Assembly (NCBI GenBank): GCA_964596165.1
Contig: CAZQTW010000007.1
Span: 73,496 to 137,495 of the forward strand
DNA from: an uncultured Planctomycetales bacterium
GTDB lineage: Bacteria > Planctomycetota > Phycisphaerae > UBA1845 > JAFGLZ01
Direction: 5' to 3'
Length of the DNA stretch: 64,000 bases
The notes under the pieces: generated by a model
Told to the model about the DNA's origin: nothing
What the model saw: the letters and a program-made list of their open reading frames with translations, nothing else
Databases searched by the model: none
Shown here: positions 10,401 through 18,607 of the stretch, in pieces
Numbering within the stretch: the stretch's first letter is position 1
Layout: each line of letters begins with the position of its first letter
Position numbers and translations under genes: made by a program

Positions 10401-11018
10401 AACGGAAGTGGGGTCGCGTGGGCAGTACCGGAGGGGATTCGCGTTCGTTTCTCCGGCGAGGGCGAATGGCAGATCACGCTGGACGTCTTCCGCGACCTAG
10501 GCCTGGCCTTTGCCGCCGCGCTGGTGGCCATCTACATCCTGCTGGTCGGGCAGACCGGTTCGTTCGTGATCCCGGTCGTGGTCATGCTGGCGATTCCGTT
10601 GACGGTTGTCGGCATCATGCCGGGATTCTGGCTGCTGAACCTGATCGCCGGCGGGCAGGTAGGGCAATACTCCGACCCGATCTACTTCACGGCCACCGGG
10701 ATGATCGGAATGATTGCCCTGGCGGGCATCGTGACGCGGGATTCGATCATCCTCGTGGATTTCATCCACTTGTCGTTGGCGCGGGGGCGATCGCTGTTCG
10801 ACGCGATCATGGAGAGCCGCGTCGTTCGGCTTCGCCCGATTCTGCTTACGGCGGCGACGGCGATGCTGTCGGCCGTACCGATCACCATCGACCCGATCTT
10901 TTCGGGGCTGGCGTGGTCGCTGATCTTTGGCCTGATCGCCTCGACCGTGTTCACGCTGTTTGTGATACCTGTGACCTACTGGTTGCTATACGCGAACAGG
11001 CCCGGTCACAGCCTGTAG
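7443..11018 (+). CDS. Efflux RND transporter permease (AcrB/AcrD/AcrF family)
   Basis: 1191 aa with the typical 12-TM architecture and two large periplasmic loops. Motifs include LGLLVDDPIVDVENI and GIVTRDSIILVDF. It is translationally adjacent to the adaptor gene. Confidence 0.9.
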   Translation: MPTDTTSRPEDPRHDPSHPHHGFTNAVVRIFLHSNLSIVLIILAAAVGITSLMVTPREEDPQIIVPLADVFVGFPGHSAEEVERLVATPLEKLLYQIDGVEYVYSMSREDQAIITVRYYVGEDRERSLVKLYKRIDEHIDIVPPGVTGWVVKPVEIDDVPIVTLTLKSRTSDSYTLRRVAEEMVERLAAVKDTSRAYVVGGQPRTAYVRLDADRMAAHNVSPFEIQKAIQGADVTRTAGEFAKDDAVYRVEVGRAFSRVTELRDLVVGVFGGRPVFLKDVANVADGPAEPTDYVRHGWGPARGFEHHEHFTGTLIGAPAGSSEQDGAAGGQPRLGEGGPPGATPAVTIALAKKKGTNAVWVAEDILKAAEELKRDIVPDDVEVVITRNYGLTSNEKVNELVEALAVAIFIVIALLTIGLGWRESLIVAVAVPVVFGLTLTVNLLCGYTINRVTLFAMILSLGLLVDDPIVDVENIARHFSLRRRATREIVLEAVAEIRPPLITATLAVIVSFLPMFFITGMMGPYMRPMALNVPVTMLMSMVVAFTITPWLAYHVLHKHYGRSDTEPSLVKSPATPSGGEADDMEAVKRTFLYRMFYPLMAPLLHSRKVAWGFLGVMGALMLGAAALAATRHVQLKMLPFDNKNELLLVLDFDEGTTLERSDAAVRQFEEYLAGVPEVTDYTSYVGVGSPMDFNGLVRHYYLRRGDNVADIRVNLVGKKARRQQSHAIGLRVRDDLTAIAAKHQARLKIVETPPGPPVIATLVGEVYGRPDQRYGDLIAAARTVAARMRVEPGVVDVDDTVEADSRKLVFVTDKEKAALAGVSVSEIADTIRIALAGAVVDTIREPSERNPLKIELRLPRAVRSGTADLGRLHVKGQGGEMVSLAELGRWENASVDKTIYHKNLERVVYVFAETAGVPPAAAVVDIQADRVAWASAVMRSGSPSSQPAGSKNAPESSLGNGGHSRVGSGWVSEAQPRPLEGRTFLNNGSGVAWAVPEGIRVRFSGEGEWQITLDVFRDLGLAFAAALVAIYILLVGQTGSFVIPVVVMLAIPLTVVGIMPGFWLLNLIAGGQVGQYSDPIYFTATGMIGMIALAGIVTRDSIILVDFIHLSLARGRSLFDAIMESRVVRLRPILLTAATAMLSAVPITIDPIFSGLAWSLIFGLIASTVFTLFVIPVTYWLLYANRPGHSL

Positions 11019-11346
11019 CCGTTGCACCCTTTGGCGTTTCCTGCCCGGGGCGGTGTCCGACCGGAGACAGGGCGATGGGGGTCCCTGGCGTGCTGGGAGG
11101 CGGCGCGCACCAAACGACTTCAGGCTAATCGTCCACCCGGCGCAAGCCGATAGATGCGCTGCGATTTCGCACGTGGAGACCGTCTGGAGCAACGACCGGG
11201 ACGAGAGATGGATTCCTGTTAAGTATAGACTAGGTCTAGGGTTGTGTCTCCCGGCTCGCGGGCGCCTCGCACACTGTCTTCCGACTGTCTGTCGTCGAGG
11301 TGTCACGCGGCGGTTCCATTGGTCGAGAAGAGAGCAGGCTGAGTCC

Positions 11347-11955
11347 GTGGTCGACAACTGGTTCTCCGACTTTGTCACGCTATGGGCGGTGATCGATCCG
11401 ATCGGGACCATCCCCGTCTTCCTGGCGATCACAGCCGCGATGATACATCGCGACGCACGACGCATGGCCAGAGAGGCCGTGTTGGTCGCCGGCGGCGTCC
11501 TGATCGGGTTCGTTATGCTGGGGCAGCTCCTGCTTCAGGCGATGCACATCAGCATCGGGTCCTTTCAGGTTGCGGGCGGATTGGTTCTGTTCCTTCTCGC
11601 CATGATGATGATCTTTGGTCACGTTCGAACGAACCAGTCCGACCAGGAAGAGGGTCACAACCCCGCCATCTTCCCACTGGCCATGCCGCTCATCGCGGGG
11701 CCGGGCGCGATCCTGGCCGCCGTTGTCCTGACGGATAACGATCGGTACGCGATTCCTCACCAAGTCAGGACGGTGTTCGTCATTCTAGGCGTCTTGTTCA
11801 TTCAGTGGGTGTTGCTCCGTTTCGCCACCTCGGTTCAGCGCCGGCTCGGAAGAGGCGTGATGAACATCCTCAGCCGGGTCACGGGACTCCTCCTGGCCGC
11901 CCTTTCGGTTGAGACGATCGTGGGCGGCGTCCGGTTGTTGCTGCACACAGGCTAA
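11347..11955 (+). CDS. MarC family (UPF0056) integral membrane protein
   Basis: In-frame GTG at 11347 gives MVDNWFSDFVTLWAVIDPIGTIPVFLAIT, the canonical MarC N-terminus. About 200 aa and multi-TM. The upstream 98 codons of the ORF-track call are Arg-rich and not protein-like. Confidence 0.8.
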   Translation: MVDNWFSDFVTLWAVIDPIGTIPVFLAITAAMIHRDARRMAREAVLVAGGVLIGFVMLGQLLLQAMHISIGSFQVAGGLVLFLLAMMMIFGHVRTNQSDQEEGHNPAIFPLAMPLIAGPGAILAAVVLTDNDRYAIPHQVRTVFVILGVLFIQWVLLRFATSVQRRLGRGVMNILSRVTGLLLAALSVETIVGGVRLLLHTG

Positions 11956-11989
11956 CGGAACGGGTGGCGGCAAACGAGGGTGACTCAGA

Positions 11990-12961
11990 CTATCCCGCCT
12001 TCTTCAACGGCCGCACCCCCATTTCGTAATCCAGCGTATACGAAAAGTTGGGGTTGTCGTATGTCCGTTTCAACGTCGGCGAATAGGTCTGTACGTGGAT
12101 CTTATTCTCCTCGGGGACGAACCGGAGCGTTACGAGCCAGCCGTCGCCGCCGTTGGGCAGACCCTGATAGTCGGCCAGGATCTCGAGCACCGGCCGCCCG
12201 GCGTCATTCGTGCTGGTCTGATGCCGGACACCCACGACGTGACCGCTGACGACCATGAAGATGTTCTCATGCTTGCGAATGAGCCGGTTCCAGAGTTCGT
12301 CGCCGACGTGCCCGTCGAAGCCCTTGGGGCTGCCCTCGCTGGGCCGGCCTTCGGGGCGAAGGTAGTAGTGCGTCGCGACGATGACCTGGCGGTCCTTATG
12401 CGCGTTGATCACGCCGCTGGCCCAGGCGATGATCGCGTCGGACGGCGCGAACTCCAGGCTCACGACCATGAACTTCTTTCCGCCTCCCTCGAAGAAGCAG
12501 TAATTGTTGGCGTTGGATTGCCCCATATGTCCGCCGTACCACCGGTACTTCTTGAATCGTGAGGGCGGAAAGTACTTGTCGAAGAGCGTGGCCGGTCGCT
12601 TCTCCTTGCTGCCCCGGTCATAGTCGTGGTTGCCCAACGTGACGCTGTAGGGCACCACGCCGTCCAGAACTTTGTGGGCCCGGTCGGCGACCTGCCATTC
12701 GTTTTCGGCGCCGGGGGTATCGGTAATGTCGCCCAGGTGGATGACGAACCTGATGTTGTCCTCTTTCGCTCGCGACGCGATCCACTGTGTCTGTGCCATG
12801 TAGGTCTCGGGGAACTGTTCGGAGTAGTACTGCGTGTCGGGCAGAAGCACGACGGTGAAGCTCTCCGAGCCCTTCTTCAGAGGCGTGCAGCCGCTGACGA
12901 CGGCGACGAGCAAAGGGCAAACGAACAGCCACGGAACGTGACGACGGGCCGATGTCCGCAT
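11990..12961 (-). CDS. Calcineurin-like metallophosphoesterase, probable lipoprotein
   Basis: ATG at 12961 is preceded by GGAGAA. The signal/lipobox is LLVAVVSGC. Phosphoesterase motifs are LLPDTQYY, HLGDITD and GNHDYD. Confidence 0.8.
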   Translation of the reverse strand: MRTSARRHVPWLFVCPLLVAVVSGCTPLKKGSESFTVVLLPDTQYYSEQFPETYMAQTQWIASRAKEDNIRFVIHLGDITDTPGAENEWQVADRAHKVLDGVVPYSVTLGNHDYDRGSKEKRPATLFDKYFPPSRFKKYRWYGGHMGQSNANNYCFFEGGGKKFMVVSLEFAPSDAIIAWASGVINAHKDRQVIVATHYYLRPEGRPSEGSPKGFDGHVGDELWNRLIRKHENIFMVVSGHVVGVRHQTSTNDAGRPVLEILADYQGLPNGGDGWLVTLRFVPEENKIHVQTYSPTLKRTYDNPNFSYTLDYEMGVRPLKKAG

Positions 12962-13251
12962 GGGTTTCTCCTTCCTCGGAAGACCGACCTCGGCTCGCAA
13001 AGGGAGTTGGACTGCACTCCGCCGATCCGAGAGATCGCCGGATGCGATAGTCACATGCTATTCGGTACGGGTGCGGTCCGCCAGGGTCAGCGAACCCGGC
13101 TTCCTTGACACCCTGACTCGATTCATCATCCTTGGATGGCACAATTTCGAGCCGCACATACGTATCCAGTACGCGGCCGCTGCAAATCATGACTTCGCGG
13201 GTGCTCTCTGCTAGATTAACAGGAGGGATTTCGCATCTCGGAGGGCATGTC

Positions 13252-14373
13252 GTGAGTGGAAAAACGGGCCGGTTCGTCATTGTCATTTCCGTTTTGTTGC
13301 TGGTGGACGCGGAGGCGCCGGCGGTCGTGCTCGTGGCCGACCATTTCCCCGGCTATGCCCAGGAGCCCAACTGGAACCTCTCGTGGATTCGCGGCGTGGG
13401 CAGCGTCACGTACAGCCCGAGCAACGGCGGTTTCGCCCACCTGAGTCTCAACGGGCCTGGTGTCGGCGGGACATATCACAATGCCGAGCTGATCAACTTC
13501 AACATGACCTATCGCACACCGCCCTATTGCGACCTGGAGATCCGCCTCCGCAACAGCAACAACAACGGTTTCGACTCGCCCGGCGGCCCGAACAACCCCG
13601 ACCCGAACTACGGGATCGGGTCGCGCGGCTGGGGGTTCTGGAACTCGTCGATGGATCCGCTCAACAAGCCGATGAACACGATCTGGTTCGCCAGCATCTC
13701 CCCACAGTCGGAAGACATGCTGCAAGGCACGCGATTGTGGGTCGTCAAGCAGAACGTGCCTATCGCCTTCCAGGACCTCAACACCGACCTGACCCAATGG
13801 CACACCTATCGGTTGAAATGGCGGTCGAATCTGCTGGCCGCGTACATCGACGACATGAGCACGCCCATCTGGCAGACCATGGATTCAGGGCAGATTCCGA
13901 ATATCGGGTTGAACTTCACGGTGTGGATCGACAACTACGTGCTGACCGGCACGTTCCCCAGCTTCACGATCGGCTACCTGCCTGTGCCCGCGATCCAACA
14001 GTACATCGACGTGGACTACGTCCGGATCTACACGGCCGAGTACACGCTGACGCTCAACGTCATCAACGGGACGTTCGGAGTGGTCGATGTCGAGCCGAAC
14101 TACCCGACCTATGCCGAGGGTTCCACCGTGACGCTGACGGCCATACCCAACGAGGGGAGAAGCCTTCGCGAGTGGACGCTCTTCGATCCGAACTACCCGG
14201 GCGATGCCAATCTCGCCGCTGTTGACGCGAACAATCCGATTGCCGTCACGATGAACGCCAATCGTGAGGTCACGGCGGCATTCAAGTGTGGCAGCGGCGC
14301 GGCCGACATGTTTCCGCTGGGCGCAGCCGCGATGCTGACGCTGGCGGCGATTCGGAGGCGTCGGGCAAGGTAG
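13252..14373 (+). CDS. Secreted concanavalin-A-like lectin/glucanase-fold protein with an Ig-like repeat and a C-terminal sorting-signal-like tail
   Basis: GTG at 13252 follows GGAGGG (13240-13245), and the N-terminus is a signal peptide. The central region (WHTYRLKW...AAYIDD...FTVWIDNY) resembles GH16/LamG-type beta-sandwiches. YTLTLNVINGTFG...VTLTAIPNEG...W resembles an InlB-B-repeat-like module. The C-terminus is a hydrophobic helix plus RRRRAR. Confidence 0.6.
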   Translation: MSGKTGRFVIVISVLLLVDAEAPAVVLVADHFPGYAQEPNWNLSWIRGVGSVTYSPSNGGFAHLSLNGPGVGGTYHNAELINFNMTYRTPPYCDLEIRLRNSNNNGFDSPGGPNNPDPNYGIGSRGWGFWNSSMDPLNKPMNTIWFASISPQSEDMLQGTRLWVVKQNVPIAFQDLNTDLTQWHTYRLKWRSNLLAAYIDDMSTPIWQTMDSGQIPNIGLNFTVWIDNYVLTGTFPSFTIGYLPVPAIQQYIDVDYVRIYTAEYTLTLNVINGTFGVVDVEPNYPTYAEGSTVTLTAIPNEGRSLREWTLFDPNYPGDANLAAVDANNPIAVTMNANREVTAAFKCGSGAADMFPLGAAAMLTLAAIRRRRAR

Positions 14374-14387
14374 CGGCCGGCGCGCCG

Positions 14388-14520
14388 CACACTGGCGGAC
14401 GAGCCGCCAGTGGCACCCGTGCGCATGGGCTGGGTAGCGGCAGGGGCCGTCGCAGGCCGTAGACACTTTTCGGCCGGCGAGTCGCCGGCCGCTACCGAGT
14501 AACGGGGTGCGTCCGCGGCG
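14388..14520. repeat. REP-like palindromic repeat unit 1
   Basis: Begins with hairpin CACTGGCGG-acgag-CCGCCAGTG (14390-14412) and ends with GGGGTGCGTCCGCGGCG (14504-14520). Also contains palindrome CGGCCGGCGA-g-TCGCCGGCCG (14471-14491). Confidence 0.6.
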
Positions 14521-14546
14521 TGCAATGCACGCCTTGACACACCCAA

Positions 14547-14657
14547 CACACTGGCGGGCAAGCCGCCAGTGCCACCCGACGCAAACCTGCATGCCCACGT
14601 AAGCGTGCGACATGCCATCCGCCGCTACGGATCTATGTTGGGGGTGCGTCCGCGGCG
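14547..14657. repeat. REP-like palindromic repeat unit 2
   Basis: Begins with hairpin CACTGGCGG-gcaag-CCGCCAGTG (14549-14571) and ends with an identical GGGGTGCGTCCGCGGCG (14641-14657). The end overlaps the 3' end of the next CDS. Confidence 0.6.
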
Positions 14658-15325
14658 CAGAGGTCGAGGTGCCAGAAGCCGTTCCGCTCCGTGGCCTGGC
14701 CCGCTACGAAGGCCACGGGATGGCGGAAGATCGGCCCGTCGTAGACGAACGTATGGAACTCTCCGTTTTCACCGCAGGGGTCGGCCGTCGGAGGCAGCTC
14801 GTTCAGAAGTGCCGCGTCAAACAGGCGGCCGCAGAAGGACGGGTCGATCTGCTTGGGGTCGACGCTGGTCAGGATCGCTCGAAACCCCTGGGCGATGAAC
14901 TCCTCGGCCAGCCTGTGTGTATCCTGTCCCCACAGCGGATACAGCCCGCTAATGCCGATCCGGGCGAGGTTCCGGTCGCGGTACTCGCGTATGTCGTTGA
15001 GGAACAGGTCGCCGAAGACGACGCGACGAACGCCTCGCTCCTTGTGGCGGCCCAGCAGATTGCCCATTCGCTCCTCATAGACGGCGTTGTGGGCCTGGGC
15101 GGGGATGCGTACGACCTCCAGCGGCAGGCCGGTGGCCGCCGCCTGCTGCTCGAGCAAGGCGAGCGGGACGTTGTGCATGCCGATCCGCTCACCGTCTTCG
15201 ACGACGGTCGTCAACAGGGTGTCCACGCGGAAGACCGGGTCCTGGCGGATCGCGTGCAGCGCCATCGCACTATCCTTGCCGCTGCTCCAGGAGAGCAGAA
15301 CCGATTCCGTAAGGAAAGCAGACAC
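14633..15325 (-). CDS. Dph6-related ATP pyrophosphatase (adenine nucleotide alpha-hydrolase, MJ0570-like)
   Basis: N-terminal PP-loop LLSWSSGKDS. Also LYPLWGQDT and the C-terminal CGENGEFHTFV motif typical of this family. Confidence 0.75.
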   Translation of the reverse strand: MSAFLTESVLLSWSSGKDSAMALHAIRQDPVFRVDTLLTTVVEDGERIGMHNVPLALLEQQAAATGLPLEVVRIPAQAHNAVYEERMGNLLGRHKERGVRRVVFGDLFLNDIREYRDRNLARIGISGLYPLWGQDTHRLAEEFIAQGFRAILTSVDPKQIDPSFCGRLFDAALLNELPPTADPCGENGEFHTFVYDGPIFRHPVAFVAGQATERNGFWHLDLCAADAPPT

Positions 15326-15344
15326 GGTCTTCCTGCCCGTTCAG

Positions 15345-17255
15345 CTACCTTACAGACAGTGCGTACAGCGATGCGCTGAGCGGCGGCAGCGTCAGCCGGT
15401 TCTTCAGGCCGGTGCATGGTTCTTCGCGGACGACCACCGCCGGCGGCCGGCCCGGCTTGTTGGCCGCCATCGGATCGAGACCGGCGATCCGGTACAGGCG
15501 GCCTTCGCCTGTGAGCGCGGCGCCCTTCAGATCCATGGACAGATCGATGTCCTTGACCGTCGGGTTGACGATCGAAACCGTCAGGACTTTTCGGTCCTGT
15601 GTCCAGGCGGCGGCCACGTCGAGCGGCTCGACATTTCCGTCAACCGCGACCGGCGTGCTGCCGAATTGGTGACGATAGACCTTGAGCACCAGCCCGGTCG
15701 TATCAAAGACAGCCTCCGTCTTGCTCGTCTTGATCGCGCCGATCACGTTGACCGTCTGGGCGTAGTTGGCCATGAAGATGATGTCCGTGCAGCGACTGTA
15801 TTCGTTGATGCCGGCGGCGATGCCGAGGGCGTCCTTGAGGTGATACTGCACGCCGATCTCCCCATAGAGGTCCGGCCCATACCAGTAGTTCCATTCGTCC
15901 ATCGCAATGCGGATGTCCTTGCCCTTGAGCGCGTCGATCTTCTTGCGGTAGTCGCGGTGGGCATTGGCGATCCGTCGGATGTTGTTAGGGATCTGCCGGA
16001 TGTGGTCCACCACGTCCGGCTTATCGCCGCAGTAGAAATGCTCGCTCATCAGCTCCATGTGGCCGGCGCACTCCTTGAGCATGCGCTCGCTCCACGGCCC
16101 GACGGCGCCGACGGCGATGCATTTGATGGAGGGGTCTACCTTACGCATCGCGTCGACGAACTGATTGTGTTTTTGCGTGTATTTCTCCAACGGCATGTGG
16201 CCAAGCTGCCAGTTGCCGTACATCTCGTTGCCGATACCCCACCATGTCACCTTGTAGGGCTCGGCGTGCCCATTCTTCGCGCGGAGCCGCCCCATCGGCG
16301 TCTCGGGCCCGCCGTTGGCATATTCGAGTTCCTCGATGGCCATCTCGACCTGACCCAGGCCGGTATTGACGACGATCAACGGCTCGGTCTTCAGCTCGCG
16401 GCAGAAGACGATGAATTCATCCATGCCGAAATCGTTGTGCTCGACGCCTTTCCAGGCGGGGTTCTTGCGCGGCGGTCGGCGGTCCGGATCGCCGAGGCCG
16501 TCTTTCCAGTTATAGCCGCTGACGAAGTTGCCGCCGGGCCAGCGGTAGATCGGGGCGTCCAATTCCTTGAGCAGTTTAAGCGTGTCGGCCCGCATGCCGT
16601 GGACGTTGTCGGCGGGCATGAGTGAGACGGCGCCGATTCGGAACCTGCCTCTGCCCCGGCCGGCGATCTCGAGCCTGCCGTCGTCGGTGTCGGCGCCGGC
16701 GGTGAATCGCAGCGGCCACTTCTTGTAGTCCGCCGAAAGATGGTCGAAGGTGGCCGACTGTCGATCGCCTGCTCCGGGACCCCAGATCAGACTGACCTGG
16801 ACGGATTCCACGTCGTCATCGACCGCCACGACGATGCGCCCGACGTATTCACGTCCTTTGAGCAGACCCAGACCGCCCTGAACGATGCCGCACGGCGAGT
16901 CGCCGCTCAGTCGGACTTCAGGTGTGTGCTCGCCGACCAGTTGGTTCTGCTTGATCATCGTAACGGTGTCAGCGGTACCGAGGGTCTTCCAGGGCGAGTC
17001 GTTTGCACCGACGGGGTAGAAGAACTTTCGGTCTTCGAGCATCTCGGCCCAGATGCCGCCGTAGATGCACCTACCGAGGTGTTCGATGAACTGGCCATAG
17101 ATGTACTTCGAGATCGGTTCGGCCGTCTTGCCGGCGTCGATCGTGACTGCGGGTTGTGGATTCGCGGGCTCGGCGGCGAGCGAATCCGTGGCGCCCAACC
17201 AGAGGAGGCCGCAGATACACAAGAAAACGGTTGTAACGCAAGAGTTCATCGACAT
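15345..17255 (-). CDS. Secreted alpha-L-arabinofuranosidase, GH51-like
   Basis: Signal peptide, then IYGQFIEHLGRCIYGGIW, RWPGGNFVSGYNWKDGLG, the catalytic-region WGIGNEMYG, and a C-terminal beta-sandwich. Confidence 0.85.
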   Translation of the reverse strand: MSMNSCVTTVFLCICGLLWLGATDSLAAEPANPQPAVTIDAGKTAEPISKYIYGQFIEHLGRCIYGGIWAEMLEDRKFFYPVGANDSPWKTLGTADTVTMIKQNQLVGEHTPEVRLSGDSPCGIVQGGLGLLKGREYVGRIVVAVDDDVESVQVSLIWGPGAGDRQSATFDHLSADYKKWPLRFTAGADTDDGRLEIAGRGRGRFRIGAVSLMPADNVHGMRADTLKLLKELDAPIYRWPGGNFVSGYNWKDGLGDPDRRPPRKNPAWKGVEHNDFGMDEFIVFCRELKTEPLIVVNTGLGQVEMAIEELEYANGGPETPMGRLRAKNGHAEPYKVTWWGIGNEMYGNWQLGHMPLEKYTQKHNQFVDAMRKVDPSIKCIAVGAVGPWSERMLKECAGHMELMSEHFYCGDKPDVVDHIRQIPNNIRRIANAHRDYRKKIDALKGKDIRIAMDEWNYWYGPDLYGEIGVQYHLKDALGIAAGINEYSRCTDIIFMANYAQTVNVIGAIKTSKTEAVFDTTGLVLKVYRHQFGSTPVAVDGNVEPLDVAAAWTQDRKVLTVSIVNPTVKDIDLSMDLKGAALTGEGRLYRIAGLDPMAANKPGRPPAVVVREEPCTGLKNRLTLPPLSASLYALSVR

Positions 17256-17441
17256 TATCTCCTTTTCGTGACGTGCGGTCCAGAGCGGGCATAAGTGTAA
17301 CTACTCTGCCTTTGGCAGGCCAGCCCCCGTGAGTGCCATGTGAAGCGGCCGGATCATCGAGGGCATCAGGCCTCGTGCGGCCCCTTCCAACCGCATTGGG
17401 GAGGAACCCCAGAATCCCGGCGTTTTTCACTAGTTTTGCAC

Positions 17442-17469
17442 TTGCATCGGCACATATGGCCGCTATATT
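17442..17469 (+). promoter_or_regulatory. Candidate sigma70-type recA promoter
   Basis: TTGCAT (17442-17447), 16-nt spacer, TATATT (17464-17469), about 58 nt upstream of the recA ATG. SD GGAG at 17515-17518. Confidence 0.5.
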
Positions 17470-17471
17470 GA

Positions 17472-17504
17472 TACCCGAACACAAACCGAACTTTTACCCG
17501 GAAC
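17472..17504. promoter_or_regulatory. Candidate SOS operator downstream of the recA -10
   Basis: GAAC (17477-17480)-N7-GAAC (17488-17491) is the reverse complement of the alphaproteobacterial-type GTTC-N7-GTTC direct repeat. It is embedded in TACCCGAAC ... TACCCGGAAC (17472-17480, 17495-17504). Confidence 0.3.
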
Positions 17505-17526
17505 GGAGCTGTCTGGAGAACGAGTC

Positions 17527-18597
17527 ATGTCTGAAGAGATGCACGCGAAACGAGAGCAGGCCCTCAGTCGTGCGATTCAGCAGATTGAGAAGACTTACGG
17601 CAAGGGCGCGATCATGCACCTGGAAGGTGTGGCATCGGCATCCGTGGATGGGATCAGCACGGGCGCGCTTTCGCTGGACTTGGCGTTGGGTGGGCGAGGG
17701 ATTCCGCGGGGGCGCGTAGTTGAGATCTTCGGACCCGAGAGCAGCGGCAAGACGACGCTCGCCCTGTCGATCATGGCGCAGGCACAGAAGGGGGACGGAG
17801 TCGCCGCCTTGATCGACGCCGAGCACGCCTTTGATCCCTCGTGGGCCAAGCGGATCGGCGTGAATCTGGAATCGCTGATGGTCAACCAGCCGAGCAGCGG
17901 CGAGGAGGCACTCGACATTTGCGAGATGCTCGTTCGGAGCAACGCGGTTGACATCATTGCGGTCGACTCGGTCGCTGCCCTGATTCCCAAGGCCGAGATC
18001 GAGGGGCAGATGGGAGACACCCACGTCGGCATCCAGGCCCGCCTGATGAGCCAGGCCATGCGGAAGCTCACCGCCGCTATCGCCAAATCGCGGACCATCG
18101 TCATTTTCATCAACCAGATCCGCGAGAAGATCGGCGTGATGTTCGGCAACCCGGAGACGACGCCCGGGGGTCGTGCGTTGAAGTTCTACAGTTCGGTCCG
18201 CATCGACGTGAGGCGGATCAGCACGATCAAAGAGGGTGAAACGGCCGTCGGCATCCACATTCGCGCCAAGGTCGTCAAGAACAAGGTGGCGCCGCCGTTT
18301 CGCGAGGCCGAGTTCGATCTCATGTTCGCCAGCGGCATCAGCCGCGAGGGAGACTTGCTCGATCTGGCGGTCAACCACAACATCATTGAGAAGAGCGGTG
18401 CATGGTTTACGTATGGGCAGGTGCGGCTTGGGCAGGGCCGCGAGAACGTGAAACAATTCTTGAAGGATAATCCCGATCTGGCCGAAGAGATTCGCAAGGG
18501 CATCCTGGTCAAGTGCGGGGTGGCGGCCGAGCAACCTGCGGCGGCGCAGGCCGAGACCGAATCGACCGCCAAGGATGACAAGAAGAAACGGAAGTAG
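17527..18597 (+). CDS. recA: Recombinase RecA
   Basis: 356 aa. Walker [13 protein letters not shown], then [11 protein letters not shown]1/L2 loop regions and [28 protein letters not shown]. Confidence 0.97.
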   Translation: MSEEMHAKREQALSRAIQQIEKTYGKGAIMHLEGVASASVDGISTGALSLDLALGGRGIPRGRVVEIFGPESSGKTTLALSIMAQAQKGDGVAALIDAEHAFDPSWAKRIGVNLESLMVNQPSSGEEALDICEMLVRSNAVDIIAVDSVAALIPKAEIEGQMGDTHVGIQARLMSQAMRKLTAAIAKSRTIVIFINQIREKIGVMFGNPETTPGGRALKFYSSVRIDVRRISTIKEGETAVGIHIRAKVVKNKVAPPFREAEFDLMFASGISREGDLLDLAVNHNIIEKSGAWFTYGQVRLGQGRENVKQFLKDNPDLAEEIRKGILVKCGVAAEQPAAAQAETESTAKDDKKKRK

Positions 18598-18607
18598 GCC
18601 GTCGTAC

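Noticed and set aside
11226-11238. 13-bp palindrome TAGACTAGGTCTA upstream of the MarC gene as an operator.
   Set aside because: It is short and isolated, has no second copy or cognate regulator nearby, and cannot be distinguished from chance.
14471-14491. Perfect 10-bp hairpin as an intrinsic terminator for the convergent genes.
   Set aside because: The T-run precedes the stem on the plus strand and becomes an A-run after the stem on the minus strand, so neither orientation fits a canonical terminator. It is treated as part of the REP-like cluster.
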